Source: Prochlorococcus sp. AG-363-O16
GTDB lineage: Bacteria > Cyanobacteriota > Cyanobacteriia > PCC-6307 > Cyanobiaceae
Direction: 5' to 3'
NCBI GenBank assembly: GCA_003280095.1
Contig: QCGA01000004.1
Span: forward strand, 151-64,150
Length of the DNA: 64,000 nucleotides
Made by a program: the position numbers and the translations under genes. Under the pieces are notes generated by a model. That model did no database searches. It was not told the origin of the DNA and saw nothing but the letters and a program-made list of their open reading frames with translations. Positions 46,715-57,305 of this stretch are shown here, in pieces (positions within the stretch are counted from its first letter, which is position 1; every line of letters begins with the position of its first letter).

Positions 46715-47542
46715 TTGGACAAGTTCAAATCTCCTTCATCTTTTTCGCATTTATTCCCTTACAGCATCCATGTTTTAGATAATCAAAAATGCCTTGTCGA
46801 TAATTTCATAGATGTATTGGAAGATCGATTAAAGAAACGATTGATAGTCAAGACGCCTCGTCCTCTAGGCCTTGCAACCGGAAGAACCATGGAGCCTATA
46901 TATAAGACTCTTGTAGCACGGTTACAACAGTGGCCAACTTCTGAGTTAGATGTTTTATGCAAAGATTGGTGCAGTTTTAATCTTGATGAATACATTGGGT
47001 TGTCGTGCGGTGATGCCAGAAGCTATGTCAGCTATATGGCCCGATATCTTGGGAATCCCTTGAGACTTTCGAAGAGGCAACTACATATTCCTAATGGGAT
47101 GGCCCCTGACCTTGATAAAGAAGCCAGTAGATATTCTGATCATATACGCCGACTAGGCGGTATAGGTGTCCAAATTTTAGGGCTTGGAGCTAATGGTCAT
47201 GTTGGGTTCAATGAACCTCCTTGCGAACCAGATGCTTCGTGTCGGATTGTTCATTTATCTGAAAGCACACGAAAACAAAATGCCTACGCATTCGGAGGGA
47301 ATGTTAAGAGTGTTCCTCCTCTTGCAATTACCCTTGGACTTAGGGAAATTCTTCTAGCAGAAGAGATTCATTTAATTGTTTGTGGTTCTGACAAGGTAGA
47401 GATCCTTAAATCTCTAATGAATTCGAGATGCTCCAAACATTTACCAGCAAGTTGGTTGAGGATGCATGGACGTGTTTCACTTTGGTTAGACAAGCCTGCA
47501 GTTGAGGGTAACGAATCTTTTGCTTTGCGATTTTTAAAATAA
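46715..47542 (+). CDS. glucosamine-6-phosphate deaminase / 6-phosphogluconolactonase family protein
   Basis: LGLGANGHVGFNEP motif and ..FNLDEY.. block. Confidence 0.8.
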   Translation: MDKFKSPSSFSHLFPYSIHVLDNQKCLVDNFIDVLEDRLKKRLIVKTPRPLGLATGRTMEPIYKTLVARLQQWPTSELDVLCKDWCSFNLDEYIGLSCGDARSYVSYMARYLGNPLRLSKRQLHIPNGMAPDLDKEASRYSDHIRRLGGIGVQILGLGANGHVGFNEPPCEPDASCRIVHLSESTRKQNAYAFGGNVKSVPPLAITLGLREILLAEEIHLIVCGSDKVEILKSLMNSRCSKHLPASWLRMHGRVSLWLDKPAVEGNESFALRFLK

Positions 47543-47717
47543 GACCCTTTAGTTAGAGTCGTTTTTCTTGAGGCCATAAACTCTTTAGGAATTAGAAGAG
47601 TAATTAATAAGTTAACTAATTTTCCGTGAAAATAAGTATGAGAATAAAAGATTTTTTCGCCCAAATTATATTGTTGTGGTGTAATGGAATTTTTTACAAA
47701 TCTTGGAGGTTCGTTCG

Positions 47718-48647
47718 CTAGCCTTTAGCGTTGAAAACCACTTTAGGCTTTATATTTGATGTATTATGCCAGGTAGCTATTCCTGCTATTGCCCCTTCAC
47801 TATCTATTACTAAAAGGTATTGCTCCAATTTTGTTTGTTTTAAAGAATCAATATTTTCAGGAGGCTTACATCTAGATGCGGTGATGTTAACTAGACGACC
47901 AGTTCTCCAGAGTTCCTGTTCTGCTTTGGTTAATTCTAACTGAACTAAATGTCCTAAAGCTTTTGATGGGTAAATCACTGGGAGAATTCCTTCTTTGCCC
48001 TCTATTTGATTTGGGAGAGGAAATGCTTCTGAGATATGGAACCCTAGAGCTTGGGTTCGTCGAAGCTGTGCTAAGCATGCTCCACACCCAAGTTGATTGC
48101 CCAGATCACGAGCGAGTGAACGTATATATGTTCCAGCAGAACAATGAACCTCGATTTCGATCTGCCCCAGTTCTTGTGACCAGTTCAATAGTTGCAACTG
48201 ATGGATAGTTATCGATTTCGATGGCATGTCCAGTAACTCTCCACGTCTTGCACGTTTGTATGCGCGTTCTCCATTTACGTGAACGCTTGAGAACTGTGGA
48301 GGTTTTTGCTCGATTACTCCATGAAATTTTTTTAGTTGTTGCTTTATCAGTTCTTTATTTAGTTCTGGCCATGGATTGGTAATGGTGACTTCGCCTTGCA
48401 GATCGTCTGTCTTTGTTTGTTTGCCTAGCTGGATAGTCCCTTTATAAGTTTTGTCCCCAGGGAGATAAGGGAGTAGTCGAGTGGCATTGCCTAGAGCGAT
48501 TGGCAGGACTCCAGTCACTGATGGGTCAAGGGTCCCACCATGTCCTACGCGCTTTATTCCAAAAAATCGACGAACTCTGATTACACAATCATGAGATGTA
48601 AGCCCGCGTGGCTTATCAATGATTACGAATCCAAATGGACTTCTCAC
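47718..48647 (-). CDS. truB: tRNA pseudouridine(55) synthase
   Basis: ..GHGGTLDPSVTGVLPI.. catalytic Asp block. Confidence 0.92.
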   Translation of the reverse strand: MRSPFGFVIIDKPRGLTSHDCVIRVRRFFGIKRVGHGGTLDPSVTGVLPIALGNATRLLPYLPGDKTYKGTIQLGKQTKTDDLQGEVTITNPWPELNKELIKQQLKKFHGVIEQKPPQFSSVHVNGERAYKRARRGELLDMPSKSITIHQLQLLNWSQELGQIEIEVHCSAGTYIRSLARDLGNQLGCGACLAQLRRTQALGFHISEAFPLPNQIEGKEGILPVIYPSKALGHLVQLELTKAEQELWRTGRLVNITASRCKPPENIDSLKQTKLEQYLLVIDSEGAIAGIATWHNTSNIKPKVVFNAKG

Positions 48648-48740
48648 TCGAAGAGCTCCATTGAATGTTTTACTTTTATATATTCATGTTCCACTAGAAG
48701 TTGCTCATGAACATTTAGGTTGATCTTGCTAGTTTTGTAG

Positions 48741-49505
48741 ATGATGCAAAAAGCCATAGAAAGAGTGGACTTTAATTTGAATGGTTTTCTAGAAAACTGT
48801 TTTGATGTCAAGTCTCATTTGGCAAGGTATCTCCAGTTGACTATGGATGAGGTGGAGAGATCAATAATCGAACATTCAGATGATTTAGCTGCAATGCACC
48901 CACGCTCTTTCGAAGCTGATGAGGTGACGAATTTTTATGAAAAAACTGTTGGCATTTCACATCTATTTGAATTGGCCTCGTGGCATCTTTCTAGTTCTGA
49001 ATACATAGCAGATACTTTACGACTGCAGAAGATGTTTGCTCAGGGACAAGTCCTTGATTTCGGCGGTGGCATAGGTACTCATTCTTTGGCTGCAGCCTTT
49101 TTGCCAGATGTAGACCATGTGTATTTTGTGGATCTAAATCCTTGCAATCGTGAGTTCGTTAAACAACGCATCGAAACGGTTGGGTTGGATAAAAAAATTT
49201 CAATTCATAGAGACTTGCAAAGTATTGGTTCAGTCACTTTTGATTCACTTATATGTCTTGATGTCCTTGAGCATCTTCCTGATCCAGCGGAGCAACTGCT
49301 TACATTCCTTGGACGACTTTCCCCTAATGCAACTGCTTTATTAAATTGGTATTTTTTTAAGGGTTTCAAAGGGGAATACCCTTTCCACATTGATGAACCG
49401 GAGATTATCGATAGTTTTTTTCTGACACTCCAAGAAAACTTTATTGAAATATTTCATCCTTATTTGATTACTACTCGAGCGTACCGGCCCAGGAGAATCA
49501 ACTGA
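48741..49505 (+). CDS. class I SAM-dependent methyltransferase
   Basis: Motif I VLDFGGGIGTHS and post-I DLN. Confidence 0.7.
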   Translation: MMQKAIERVDFNLNGFLENCFDVKSHLARYLQLTMDEVERSIIEHSDDLAAMHPRSFEADEVTNFYEKTVGISHLFELASWHLSSSEYIADTLRLQKMFAQGQVLDFGGGIGTHSLAAAFLPDVDHVYFVDLNPCNREFVKQRIETVGLDKKISIHRDLQSIGSVTFDSLICLDVLEHLPDPAEQLLTFLGRLSPNATALLNWYFFKGFKGEYPFHIDEPEIIDSFFLTLQENFIEIFHPYLITTRAYRPRRIN

Positions 49506-49592
49506 AAGATTGGAGCAGATCGATCATATATTTAGGGATATTTTTCTCCAATTAAAAGCTAACAAGAGCAAACTTTTTTAAAAATAATATTG

Positions 49593-49862
49593 TTACTGAG
49601 GAAGCGCCGCAATGTTAATTCGTTTTCTATTTCGTAACCCGCGTCTAATGCTTTCGAAGTTAACTACTCCATCTATTAGTGCAAAAAGAGTGTCATCTTT
49701 TCCTTTCCCAACATTGACTCCAGGGAGAACAGAAGTGCCCCTTTGCCTGATCAGAATGGAGCCTGCGGTGACTTTCTCCCCTCCATAAGCCTTTACTCCC
49801 AGCCTTTTGGAGTTAGAATCCCGCCCGTTTCTGGTAGAGCCTGTGCCTTTTTTATGAGCCAT
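49593..49862 (-). CDS. rpmA: 50S ribosomal protein L27
   Basis: [24 protein letters not shown].. . Confidence 0.97.
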   Translation of the reverse strand: MAHKKGTGSTRNGRDSNSKRLGVKAYGGEKVTAGSILIRQRGTSVLPGVNVGKGKDDTLFALIDGVVNFESIRRGLRNRKRINIAALPQ

Positions 49863-49903
49863 TTGATTTAGATGATGATAAATAGAATGGGAGTTTTATC
49901 TCC

Positions 49904-50380
49904 TTAGGTGGACTTCCCACCGGATGAAATGGATTGAACCATGACTCTGGTCAGTTCCTGACGATGACCATTTTTGCGTCTAGTTTTTTTCTTTGGACGC
50001 ATTTTATACACAATTAGCTTTGGACCCCTTCTGTGCTCCATAACCTTTAACTCAACGCTAGCTCCTTTTACATAAGGCTGGCCTATTGATGTTGTCGCTC
50101 CATCATTTACTAAAAGAACATTCTTTAGCGTGACGGTTTTATCGACTTCTTCATTAAGTCGGTCAAGGTCGTAATAGCGATGTTCTTTTAACCAAAGTTG
50201 GGTGCCACAGGCCTCAACGATGGCATACCCATCTTCGTTTCGGGTTCTCTTTGGAGTAGTGGCTTTCGTTGCAACAGGCTTTTTCGAAGCTGAACTACTA
50301 GAGCTTTGCTGCTTCTCTTCCTGTTTGCTTTTAGTGGGTTTGGCAGCGGAAGGCTTTGAAGTGGTTGGGTTTTCGTCCAT
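49904..50380 (-). CDS. rplU: 50S ribosomal protein L21 with a ~50-aa Lys/Ser/Thr/Pro-rich N-terminal extension
   Basis: YAIVEACGTQLWLKE.. core and ..RRKNGHRQELTRV.. . It lies upstream of rpmA. Confidence 0.93.
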   Translation of the reverse strand: MDENPTTSKPSAAKPTKSKQEEKQQSSSSSASKKPVATKATTPKRTRNEDGYAIVEACGTQLWLKEHRYYDLDRLNEEVDKTVTLKNVLLVNDGATTSIGQPYVKGASVELKVMEHRRGPKLIVYKMRPKKKTRRKNGHRQELTRVMVQSISSGGKST

Positions 50381-50936
50381 TATTCTATTGGACGCGTTCA
50401 GGCTCGTGAGTTATCTGAAGGAACTTTCAAAGGGCCTTAGATATGTCTCTCGATTAGGCCTGAGACGCAATCTGTTGATGGACTGATATTTTCTCGCTTT
50501 AAGTGCCATTTAGTCAAGATTTAATCCATTTCCTCCTCAATAATTTTTTTTATAGCTTGTAAGTCTTAATCGATTATGGTGTTTGTGCTCGAGAATGTGC
50601 AAAAGATTTTAGTTACCTTTGTCAGTAGGCAAGTGTTTGAGCTATTATAATTTAGACTTATTACTCTTTATTGATACTTGCAATTCTCCAAGGAAATTAA
50701 GACTTTTTAGTGCCATTTTTTTATTATTGGAGTGAGCTTTAATTTCTTTTTTGATACTCTAATTATAAAGTAATTATCTTGGATCTCGTTCTCTCTTCAG
50801 TCGAATATAAATGATCTAAAATTTGACAATTAAGGGATTTTCTCTAGGCTAAAAAAGATCCTTTCGGCATTTGCTTGCTTTAAAACGGACCAATACTCTC
50901 AATACATCTCTAAATTATTGAAATGGATTTTTCCCG

Positions 50937-51284
50937 ATGAGCCCCAGAAAGACCTACATCCTCAAGCTTTATGTCGCTGGCAATACTCCAAATTCGATGC
51001 GAGCATTGAAAACACTTCACAACATCCTTGAGACAGAATTTAAAGGTGTTTACGCATTAAAGGTAATTGATGTATTAAAGAATCCTCAACTGGCCGAAGA
51101 AGATAAGATCCTTGCCACTCCAACTCTTTCTAAGATTCTGCCCCCACCTGTTCGTAGAATTATTGGAGATTTGTCTGATAGAGAAAGAGTTTTGATTGGT
51201 CTTGACTTGCTTTATGATGAATTAACTGAGAGGACCATCGCTCATACGTTGGGAGATGAAGACATTACTAAAGAAGATTCTTAA
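50937..51284 (+). CDS. kaiB: circadian clock protein KaiB
   Basis: [44 protein letters not shown].. . Confidence 0.96.
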   Translation: MSPRKTYILKLYVAGNTPNSMRALKTLHNILETEFKGVYALKVIDVLKNPQLAEEDKILATPTLSKILPPPVRRIIGDLSDRERVLIGLDLLYDELTERTIAHTLGDEDITKEDS

Positions 51285-51349
51285 GTCACACTGATAAATT
51301 TCCCTTTGGATGTTTGTTGTCACTAGCGTCTGGTAGGAAGAACATTTAC

Positions 51350-52867
51350 ATGAGTTCCGAGAATGTAATGGGGGTAATGCAGCAACGGGTTCGCAAGCTC
51401 CCAACAGGGATAGAAGGGTTTGATGACGTTTGTCATGGGGGCCTGCCCGTAGGAAGAAGCACCCTGATAAGTGGCACTTCAGGTACTGGAAAGACAGTTT
51501 TTTCTCTTCACTTCTTACACAATGGGATTTCGAAGTTTGATGAACCTGGAATTTTTGTCACCTTTGAGGAATCCCCTGCAGACATTTTGAACAATGCAGC
51601 CAGCTTTGGTTGGGATTTGGAGAAGATGGTCCAACAAGACAAGCTTTTTATCCTTGATGCATCTCCTGATCCTGATGGGCAAGATGTAGTGGGAAGCTTC
51701 GATCTCTCAGGCTTGATTGAGAGGATTAATTATGCAATTACAAAGTACAAGGCAAAGCGAGTTGCAATTGATTCAATAACTGCTGTTTTTCAACAGTATG
51801 ACGCTGTTTTCATGGTTCGACGAGAGATCTTTAGATTAATTGCTCGACTTAAGGATCTAGGTGTCACAAGTGTTATGACAACTGAACGGATCGATGAATA
51901 TGGCCCAATAGCGAGGTATGGAGTTGAAGAGTTTGTTTCTGACAATGTGGTGATTTTAAGGAATGTTCTTGAGGCAGAAAAACGACGTCGAACTGTAGAG
52001 ATCCTTAAGCTGCGAGGTACTACTCATATGAAGGGAGAATTCCCATTCACTATGGGTGTTCAAGGTGTAAGTGTTTTCCCTTTGGGGGCAATGCGGCTAA
52101 CCCAAAGGTCTTCCAACGTGAGGATCAGTTCTGGGGTGCCAGATTTGGACGAGATGTGTGGCGGAGGTTTTTTTCAGGATTCAATCATCCTTGCTACTGG
52201 TGCAACTGGAACAGGGAAAACAATGTTGGTATCCAAGTTCATTGAGGATGCTTATCGCAATAAAGAACGTGCAATTCTTTTTGCTTATGAAGAATCTCGT
52301 GCTCAATTACTTCGTAATGCAACCAGTTGGGGAATAGAATTTGAGCGAATGGAGAGTGAAGGACTTCTAAAAATAATTTGTGCTTACCCTGAATCTACAG
52401 GTTTGGAAGATCATCTTCAGATCATCAAGACTCAGATAAGTCAGTTCAAACCTTCAAGAATGGCTATTGATTCATTGTCTGCTTTAGCAAGAGGTGTGAG
52501 CTTAAATGCTTTTAGACAGTTTGTGATTGGCGTCACAGGATATGCAAAACAAGAAGAAATTGCTGGATTTTTTACTAATACTGCTGAAGAATTTATGGGC
52601 AGTCATTCGATTACAGATTCACATATATCTACTATCACAGATACAATTCTTCTCCTTCAATATGTTGAGATTCGAGGGGAAATGGCCAGAGCTGTTAATG
52701 TCTTCAAGATGCGTGGTTCGTGGCATGATAAGCGCATACGCGAATTCATTATTACCGACAAGGGCCCTCAAATTAAAGACTCTTTTTCTAACTTTGAACA
52801 GATTTTCAGTGGTGCTCCACACAGAATCAATGGTGATGACTTAACTAGATCCTTGAAAAAGGGTTGA
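51350..52867 (+). CDS. kaiC: circadian clock protein KaiC
   Basis: KLPTGIEGFDD. Duplicated Walker A motifs GTSGTGKT and GATGTGKT. The ATG at 51350 is preceded by GGTAGGAAG. The track ORF starts at 51314. Confidence 0.96.
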   Translation: MSSENVMGVMQQRVRKLPTGIEGFDDVCHGGLPVGRSTLISGTSGTGKTVFSLHFLHNGISKFDEPGIFVTFEESPADILNNAASFGWDLEKMVQQDKLFILDASPDPDGQDVVGSFDLSGLIERINYAITKYKAKRVAIDSITAVFQQYDAVFMVRREIFRLIARLKDLGVTSVMTTERIDEYGPIARYGVEEFVSDNVVILRNVLEAEKRRRTVEILKLRGTTHMKGEFPFTMGVQGVSVFPLGAMRLTQRSSNVRISSGVPDLDEMCGGGFFQDSIILATGATGTGKTMLVSKFIEDAYRNKERAILFAYEESRAQLLRNATSWGIEFERMESEGLLKIICAYPESTGLEDHLQIIKTQISQFKPSRMAIDSLSALARGVSLNAFRQFVIGVTGYAKQEEIAGFFTNTAEEFMGSHSITDSHISTITDTILLLQYVEIRGEMARAVNVFKMRGSWHDKRIREFIITDKGPQIKDSFSNFEQIFSGAPHRINGDDLTRSLKKG

Positions 52868-52881
52868 GGTTATTTAGTAGG

Positions 52882-54960
52882 TCAATCTGATGAGAATCTC
52901 TCATCATTTTGATAATTATTTTTCTCTGCTTGAACAAATAATTCATCGGCATCTGCATTTTCAAGAGGTAAATCAAACCAGAATGTTGTCCCCAGATTTA
53001 CTTCGCTAGCCATTGAAATCTTGCCGCCATGTTTTTCTATAATTCCTTTGACTATTGAAAGTCCTAAGCCTGTTCCTACTTCAGTGTGAACTGTGTTCTC
53101 TACACGATAGAACCTATCAAAGATACGTTGTTGATCAGAATCATTTATTCCACAACCGGTGTCTGAGATTTCTATTCGAACTTTTGGTAGAGGTGTGATC
53201 AATTCGCAGCTAGGGGCTACCTGGTTCTCGTTTATAGGTGATGCCATACAACTGTCAGGCCAGGTGTATGCTCTGACCATTAAAGACCCTCCCTTGCTGC
53301 TAAATTTCAGGCCATTCCCTATTAAATTATCTAATACCTGAAGCAGAAGATCCCAATTCCCAAGAATTCTAGGAAGGTCTTTCTCCATGTTGAGTTTGAG
53401 TTCAACCTCTTTTTCCTCTGCATTCAGTCGGTAGTTGCGAAGAGTTTGTTCCATAGCAGGGCAAAGGTCTATGGATTCAACCTGCATAGTTCTTCCTGAC
53501 TCCAGTTTAGAAAGATCTAAAACATCATTTACTAGTCGTGTAAGTCTGTCAGTTTCTGCATTCGCTACACCAAGGAACTCTTTCTTTTCTTCTTCTGAAA
53601 GTTTGTCACCTAAATCGTGCAATGTTTCAACGTAACTTTTGATATTGAAAAGAGGTGTTCTTAATTCATGAGAGACATTACTTATGAAACGACTTTGTGC
53701 AGCATTTAATTCGACTTCTCTTGTTAGATCTTGAACAGTAACTGCAACACCTTTAATGGTTTCACCACTTTGATCGCTGACTGATTGCAGCACGATACGG
53801 AGAGTTCTTGGCGGCTCTTTAAGGCTGGAGCGGAGGTCTGAGTTCTCACCAGAATTTTTGAGAATTGCTAACAGTGGTTCATGTAATTCTAATGCAAGTA
53901 ATTCAGGTAACTCATTAATCAATTCTTGTCCTTCTAATTTTCTACCCTCCCAACGAAATAAACGACGAGCTGTTGGATTTACTAAGACGATTTTTCCTTT
54001 TTCATCAAGTAGTATTGCACCGTCAGCCATTGTTGCTATTAAAGATTGTTGTTTGACTTGTGCCGCAGTCAACTCTTCAATATTTGCATCATCATAATCT
54101 TCAAGTTGAGATGCCATTGCGTTAAATCCATTTAACAGTTCTCCTAGTTCTCCTCCCATTGGGAATGAAATTCTTGCTTCAAAATTACCATCTGCAATTG
54201 CTCTTACTCCTCGTAATAATTCTTTTACTGGACGTGTGATTGTTAGTGCATTGAAAACGGCACCTAATATGACGAGGATCCAAATAGATATAAAAACAGC
54301 AACGGTTACTTCTCTCGTAAGTGCTGCATTTGCGAGTGTACTTTCATTGGGTTTGACACCTAATGCAAGCGTTCCTAATTGTTCACCCTTCCAAATCATT
54401 GGGACAAAGACATCATTAATTTTTCCTTGAGGTGTTAGATGCTGTCTTACAAGAGGATTTTTCGGCCGCTTTACTATTTCAGTTGGTAGTTCTAGTCTTC
54501 TTGTAAGAAGTAATTCATTCCCATCACTGTCTGGAGTCGCACTAATTGGGATCCCAAGATATATCAATCCATCTGGATCAGCAAAAAAGATATATTTAAT
54601 ACTTTGGCTAGATCGCCAGAATTGTTCAGCAACATTTGCGACTTCCTTTTCTCTACCTTGAGCGATTAATTCGGTGACATTGCCTGAAAGAAGTAACCCT
54701 AAATCTCTGGCATATCTAGTGTCATTCATGCCCGCATCTCTTTGGATGCCATTTAGGACGAAAAAGGTGATGCCTGTCATCATGAGGCTCACCACAAGTG
54801 TTGTTATTGCAAGTAGTTTGGTTTGAAGACTGAATTCCGACCACCAAAGGAAAATTCGTCGCCACATGCTTTTAGGTTTAGGTGGAGCAGATCCGTCAAT
54901 AGATCCTTTTGTTTCTGGAATTGCCCCAGAAGAGTTTCTTGCTATCAAGTTACTCTTCAT
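52882..54960 (-). CDS. two-TM HAMP-PAS sensor histidine kinase, NblS/Hik33-like
   Basis: H-box SHELRTPL. The N, G1 and G2 boxes are present (..GTGLGLSIVKGIIEKHGG..). Two N-terminal TM helices flank a periplasmic loop. Confidence 0.85.
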   Translation of the reverse strand: MKSNLIARNSSGAIPETKGSIDGSAPPKPKSMWRRIFLWWSEFSLQTKLLAITTLVVSLMMTGITFFVLNGIQRDAGMNDTRYARDLGLLLSGNVTELIAQGREKEVANVAEQFWRSSQSIKYIFFADPDGLIYLGIPISATPDSDGNELLLTRRLELPTEIVKRPKNPLVRQHLTPQGKINDVFVPMIWKGEQLGTLALGVKPNESTLANAALTREVTVAVFISIWILVILGAVFNALTITRPVKELLRGVRAIADGNFEARISFPMGGELGELLNGFNAMASQLEDYDDANIEELTAAQVKQQSLIATMADGAILLDEKGKIVLVNPTARRLFRWEGRKLEGQELINELPELLALELHEPLLAILKNSGENSDLRSSLKEPPRTLRIVLQSVSDQSGETIKGVAVTVQDLTREVELNAAQSRFISNVSHELRTPLFNIKSYVETLHDLGDKLSEEEKKEFLGVANAETDRLTRLVNDVLDLSKLESGRTMQVESIDLCPAMEQTLRNYRLNAEEKEVELKLNMEKDLPRILGNWDLLLQVLDNLIGNGLKFSSKGGSLMVRAYTWPDSCMASPINENQVAPSCELITPLPKVRIEISDTGCGINDSDQQRIFDRFYRVENTVHTEVGTGLGLSIVKGIIEKHGGKISMASEVNLGTTFWFDLPLENADADELFVQAEKNNYQNDERFSSD

Positions 54961-54968
54961 AATTGAAT

Positions 54969-56288
54969 CTAGGACTTGCGAACTTGATGGCCAATGTCAG
55001 ATCTATAGGTGATACCTTTGAAACTAACTTTTTTCATACCTTGGTATACGACTTGGAATGCCTCGTCAAGGTTTGAGCCTTGACCAACTACTGAGAGCAC
55101 TCGCCCACCTGCAGTAACTAGTTGACCTTTGTCGTTCAAGCTCGTACCTGCATGGAAGACTTGTAAGGAATTTGATTTCTGTTGCAGTTCAATGGAAATT
55201 GGAACGCCTAGTTCTGGGGACTCTGGATAGCCTGCAGATGCAGCTACAACACAAGCACTATAAGAATCTTGTATTGAAAGATTGGGACTTTTTTCTAGAC
55301 AACCTAGGGAGCAGGCTTGTAGTACCTCTGCTAGTTCTGGACCCATAAGAGGCATTAAAGCTTGGCATTCAGGATCCCCAAAGCGACAATTGAATTCAAT
55401 AACTTTTGGACCTGCTTGGGTGAGCATTAAACCTGCATAAATAACTCCTCTGTAATCGATTCCCTTTCGGCATAGTGTTTCGAGGATTGGTTGAAGAACT
55501 AACGCTTTGATGTCTTGAAGACTGTTTTCGTCAAGTAAGGGTGCAGGTGCATATGCTCCCATTCCTCCAGTATTAGGACCCTTGTCTCCTTCGTACAGTC
55601 GTTTGTGGTCTTGTGCGGGAGGAAGGAGAACCATCTCTTTGCCATCACACAGAGCAAATACAGATATTTCAGGTCCAGATAATCGCTCTTCAAGTAACAC
55701 TTGCGTGCCAGCTTCTCCAAAACGACCTTTGAAAATTTCATGAATTGCCTGTTTGGTTTGTTCGAGTGTGTCAGAAACGATTACACCTTTCCCTGCTGCA
55801 AGGCCATCAGCTTTAACAACTAAGGCTTGATTGAATTGGTTGACGATTTTTATAGCTTCTTTTTCTTCTCTTGCTTCCCAATATTTTGCTGTGGGCACAC
55901 CAGCTTCCATCATGAGTTTTTTTGCCCAAGTTTTACTTGATTCAAGGCGGGCGCCGAGTTTCCCAGGTCCAAAAACAATCAAGCCATATTGACGTAGTTC
56001 ATCAGCCAGCCCATTTGCAAGCGGTGTTTCTGGACCTATGACAATTAGATCGATTTCCTTGAATTTGCAGACTTTAGCTAGTGCAATACCATCGGTTTCT
56101 TCTATTGAAAGTCTTTGACAGCCTGGAATATCCTCAGTGCCGGCATTGCCAGGAGTGACCAATACCTCTTCGATGGTTGTTGAGCGACTTAGTGCCCAGG
56201 CAAGAGAATTTTCTCTTCCACCACTTCCTATGACTAAAACTCTTTTTAATTTCTCAGGTATTTGTTTTGAAGTTGCTGTTGAGGACAT
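54969..56288 (-). CDS. purD: phosphoribosylamine--glycine ligase
   Basis: VLVIGSGGRENSLAWAL start. ATP-grasp blocks (..GGMGAYAP..). Confidence 0.95.
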   Translation of the reverse strand: MSSTATSKQIPEKLKRVLVIGSGGRENSLAWALSRSTTIEEVLVTPGNAGTEDIPGCQRLSIEETDGIALAKVCKFKEIDLIVIGPETPLANGLADELRQYGLIVFGPGKLGARLESSKTWAKKLMMEAGVPTAKYWEAREEKEAIKIVNQFNQALVVKADGLAAGKGVIVSDTLEQTKQAIHEIFKGRFGEAGTQVLLEERLSGPEISVFALCDGKEMVLLPPAQDHKRLYEGDKGPNTGGMGAYAPAPLLDENSLQDIKALVLQPILETLCRKGIDYRGVIYAGLMLTQAGPKVIEFNCRFGDPECQALMPLMGPELAEVLQACSLGCLEKSPNLSIQDSYSACVVAASAGYPESPELGVPISIELQQKSNSLQVFHAGTSLNDKGQLVTAGGRVLSVVGQGSNLDEAFQVVYQGMKKVSFKGITYRSDIGHQVRKS

Positions 56289-56321
56289 TTGATGACGGAA
56301 TAGCAGCGTGAACCCTTAACG

Positions 56322-57278
56322 TTGAGAGAAGGCTACATGGTTAGTTCAAACCGACTTCATACCTTGTTCATGAAGGATATCTTGTTGGGAGCTCAAGCAT
56401 CTTTGGTGTTTTTTCTGTGGTTGATTTCCGGTAGTCCAGTCATGGCATTTTCGGATGAACAGGATGGGTTAGCTATTGCTTCTGATCCAATGTCTGAAAT
56501 TGATTATCAGAACGTGCTGCAATCTGAATCATTGAAGGAACTCCGAAATGCTTGCCTTGATTCCGTACGGTTTTCACAAAATAACCGATTACATGAGCTT
56601 CGTGAACGGTTATTACTTCTGTCTAAGGAAAGGCAGAGTTTTGATTCCTTAGTAAGCAATGCTGATGCACTTATGAGTTGCAAGGCTCCTGATAGCGCTC
56701 AAAAGGTTCTTGAGAGTGTTATCCCAGCTTCTTCCTCTCAACGACGAGAACTGCTTATCCTCTTATGGCAGGCTGCAAATTCTGCACTTGACCATGAAAG
56801 TGCCTCTGCCTCTCTCATGAAACTTGTTAATGGTGAGATTCAACTTTTGGATGATGAGCAATTGAATATTGGCTTTGCGAGTGAAGGAGTATTGATTCGA
56901 AGGAGTGCTCTAGATCTTTTGGCTAGTCATGAGAACTCATTGGGTCGCCATTATTCGGCAGCTATGGTTTTGTTATCTGGTCGTATTGATGGGATATTAG
57001 GAGCTAGGAGGCTTGCCTTTGTTTCAGAACTGCTCAAATATTTAAATACTGACGAACAAAGCAAATTGCTGGAAGAGGCTCTAGAAAAATTAATTCTTAA
57101 GGGATCTTGGAGATCTGCAGAAGTCATTTCTAGACTTTGGTTGAAGTTGGGGTTGATTTCCAAAGAAGATAATGAATTAATTCTAAAGAGGTTGGAGAAT
57201 TTAAAATTTCAATCTCAAAAGCATCTCCCTCTTTTGGCCTATATAAAAGAAGCTTCGAAAAAGTCTTCTAGTAGCTAA
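56322..57278 (+). CDS. conserved hypothetical helical protein with N-terminal signal/anchor
   Basis: 318-aa ORF. No motif recognised. Confidence 0.55.
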   Translation: MREGYMVSSNRLHTLFMKDILLGAQASLVFFLWLISGSPVMAFSDEQDGLAIASDPMSEIDYQNVLQSESLKELRNACLDSVRFSQNNRLHELRERLLLLSKERQSFDSLVSNADALMSCKAPDSAQKVLESVIPASSSQRRELLILLWQAANSALDHESASASLMKLVNGEIQLLDDEQLNIGFASEGVLIRRSALDLLASHENSLGRHYSAAMVLLSGRIDGILGARRLAFVSELLKYLNTDEQSKLLEEALEKLILKGSWRSAEVISRLWLKLGLISKEDNELILKRLENLKFQSQKHLPLLAYIKEASKKSSSS

Positions 57279-57305
57279 TTGCCCCTTTTAGTTCTCTACT
57301 TCTAA

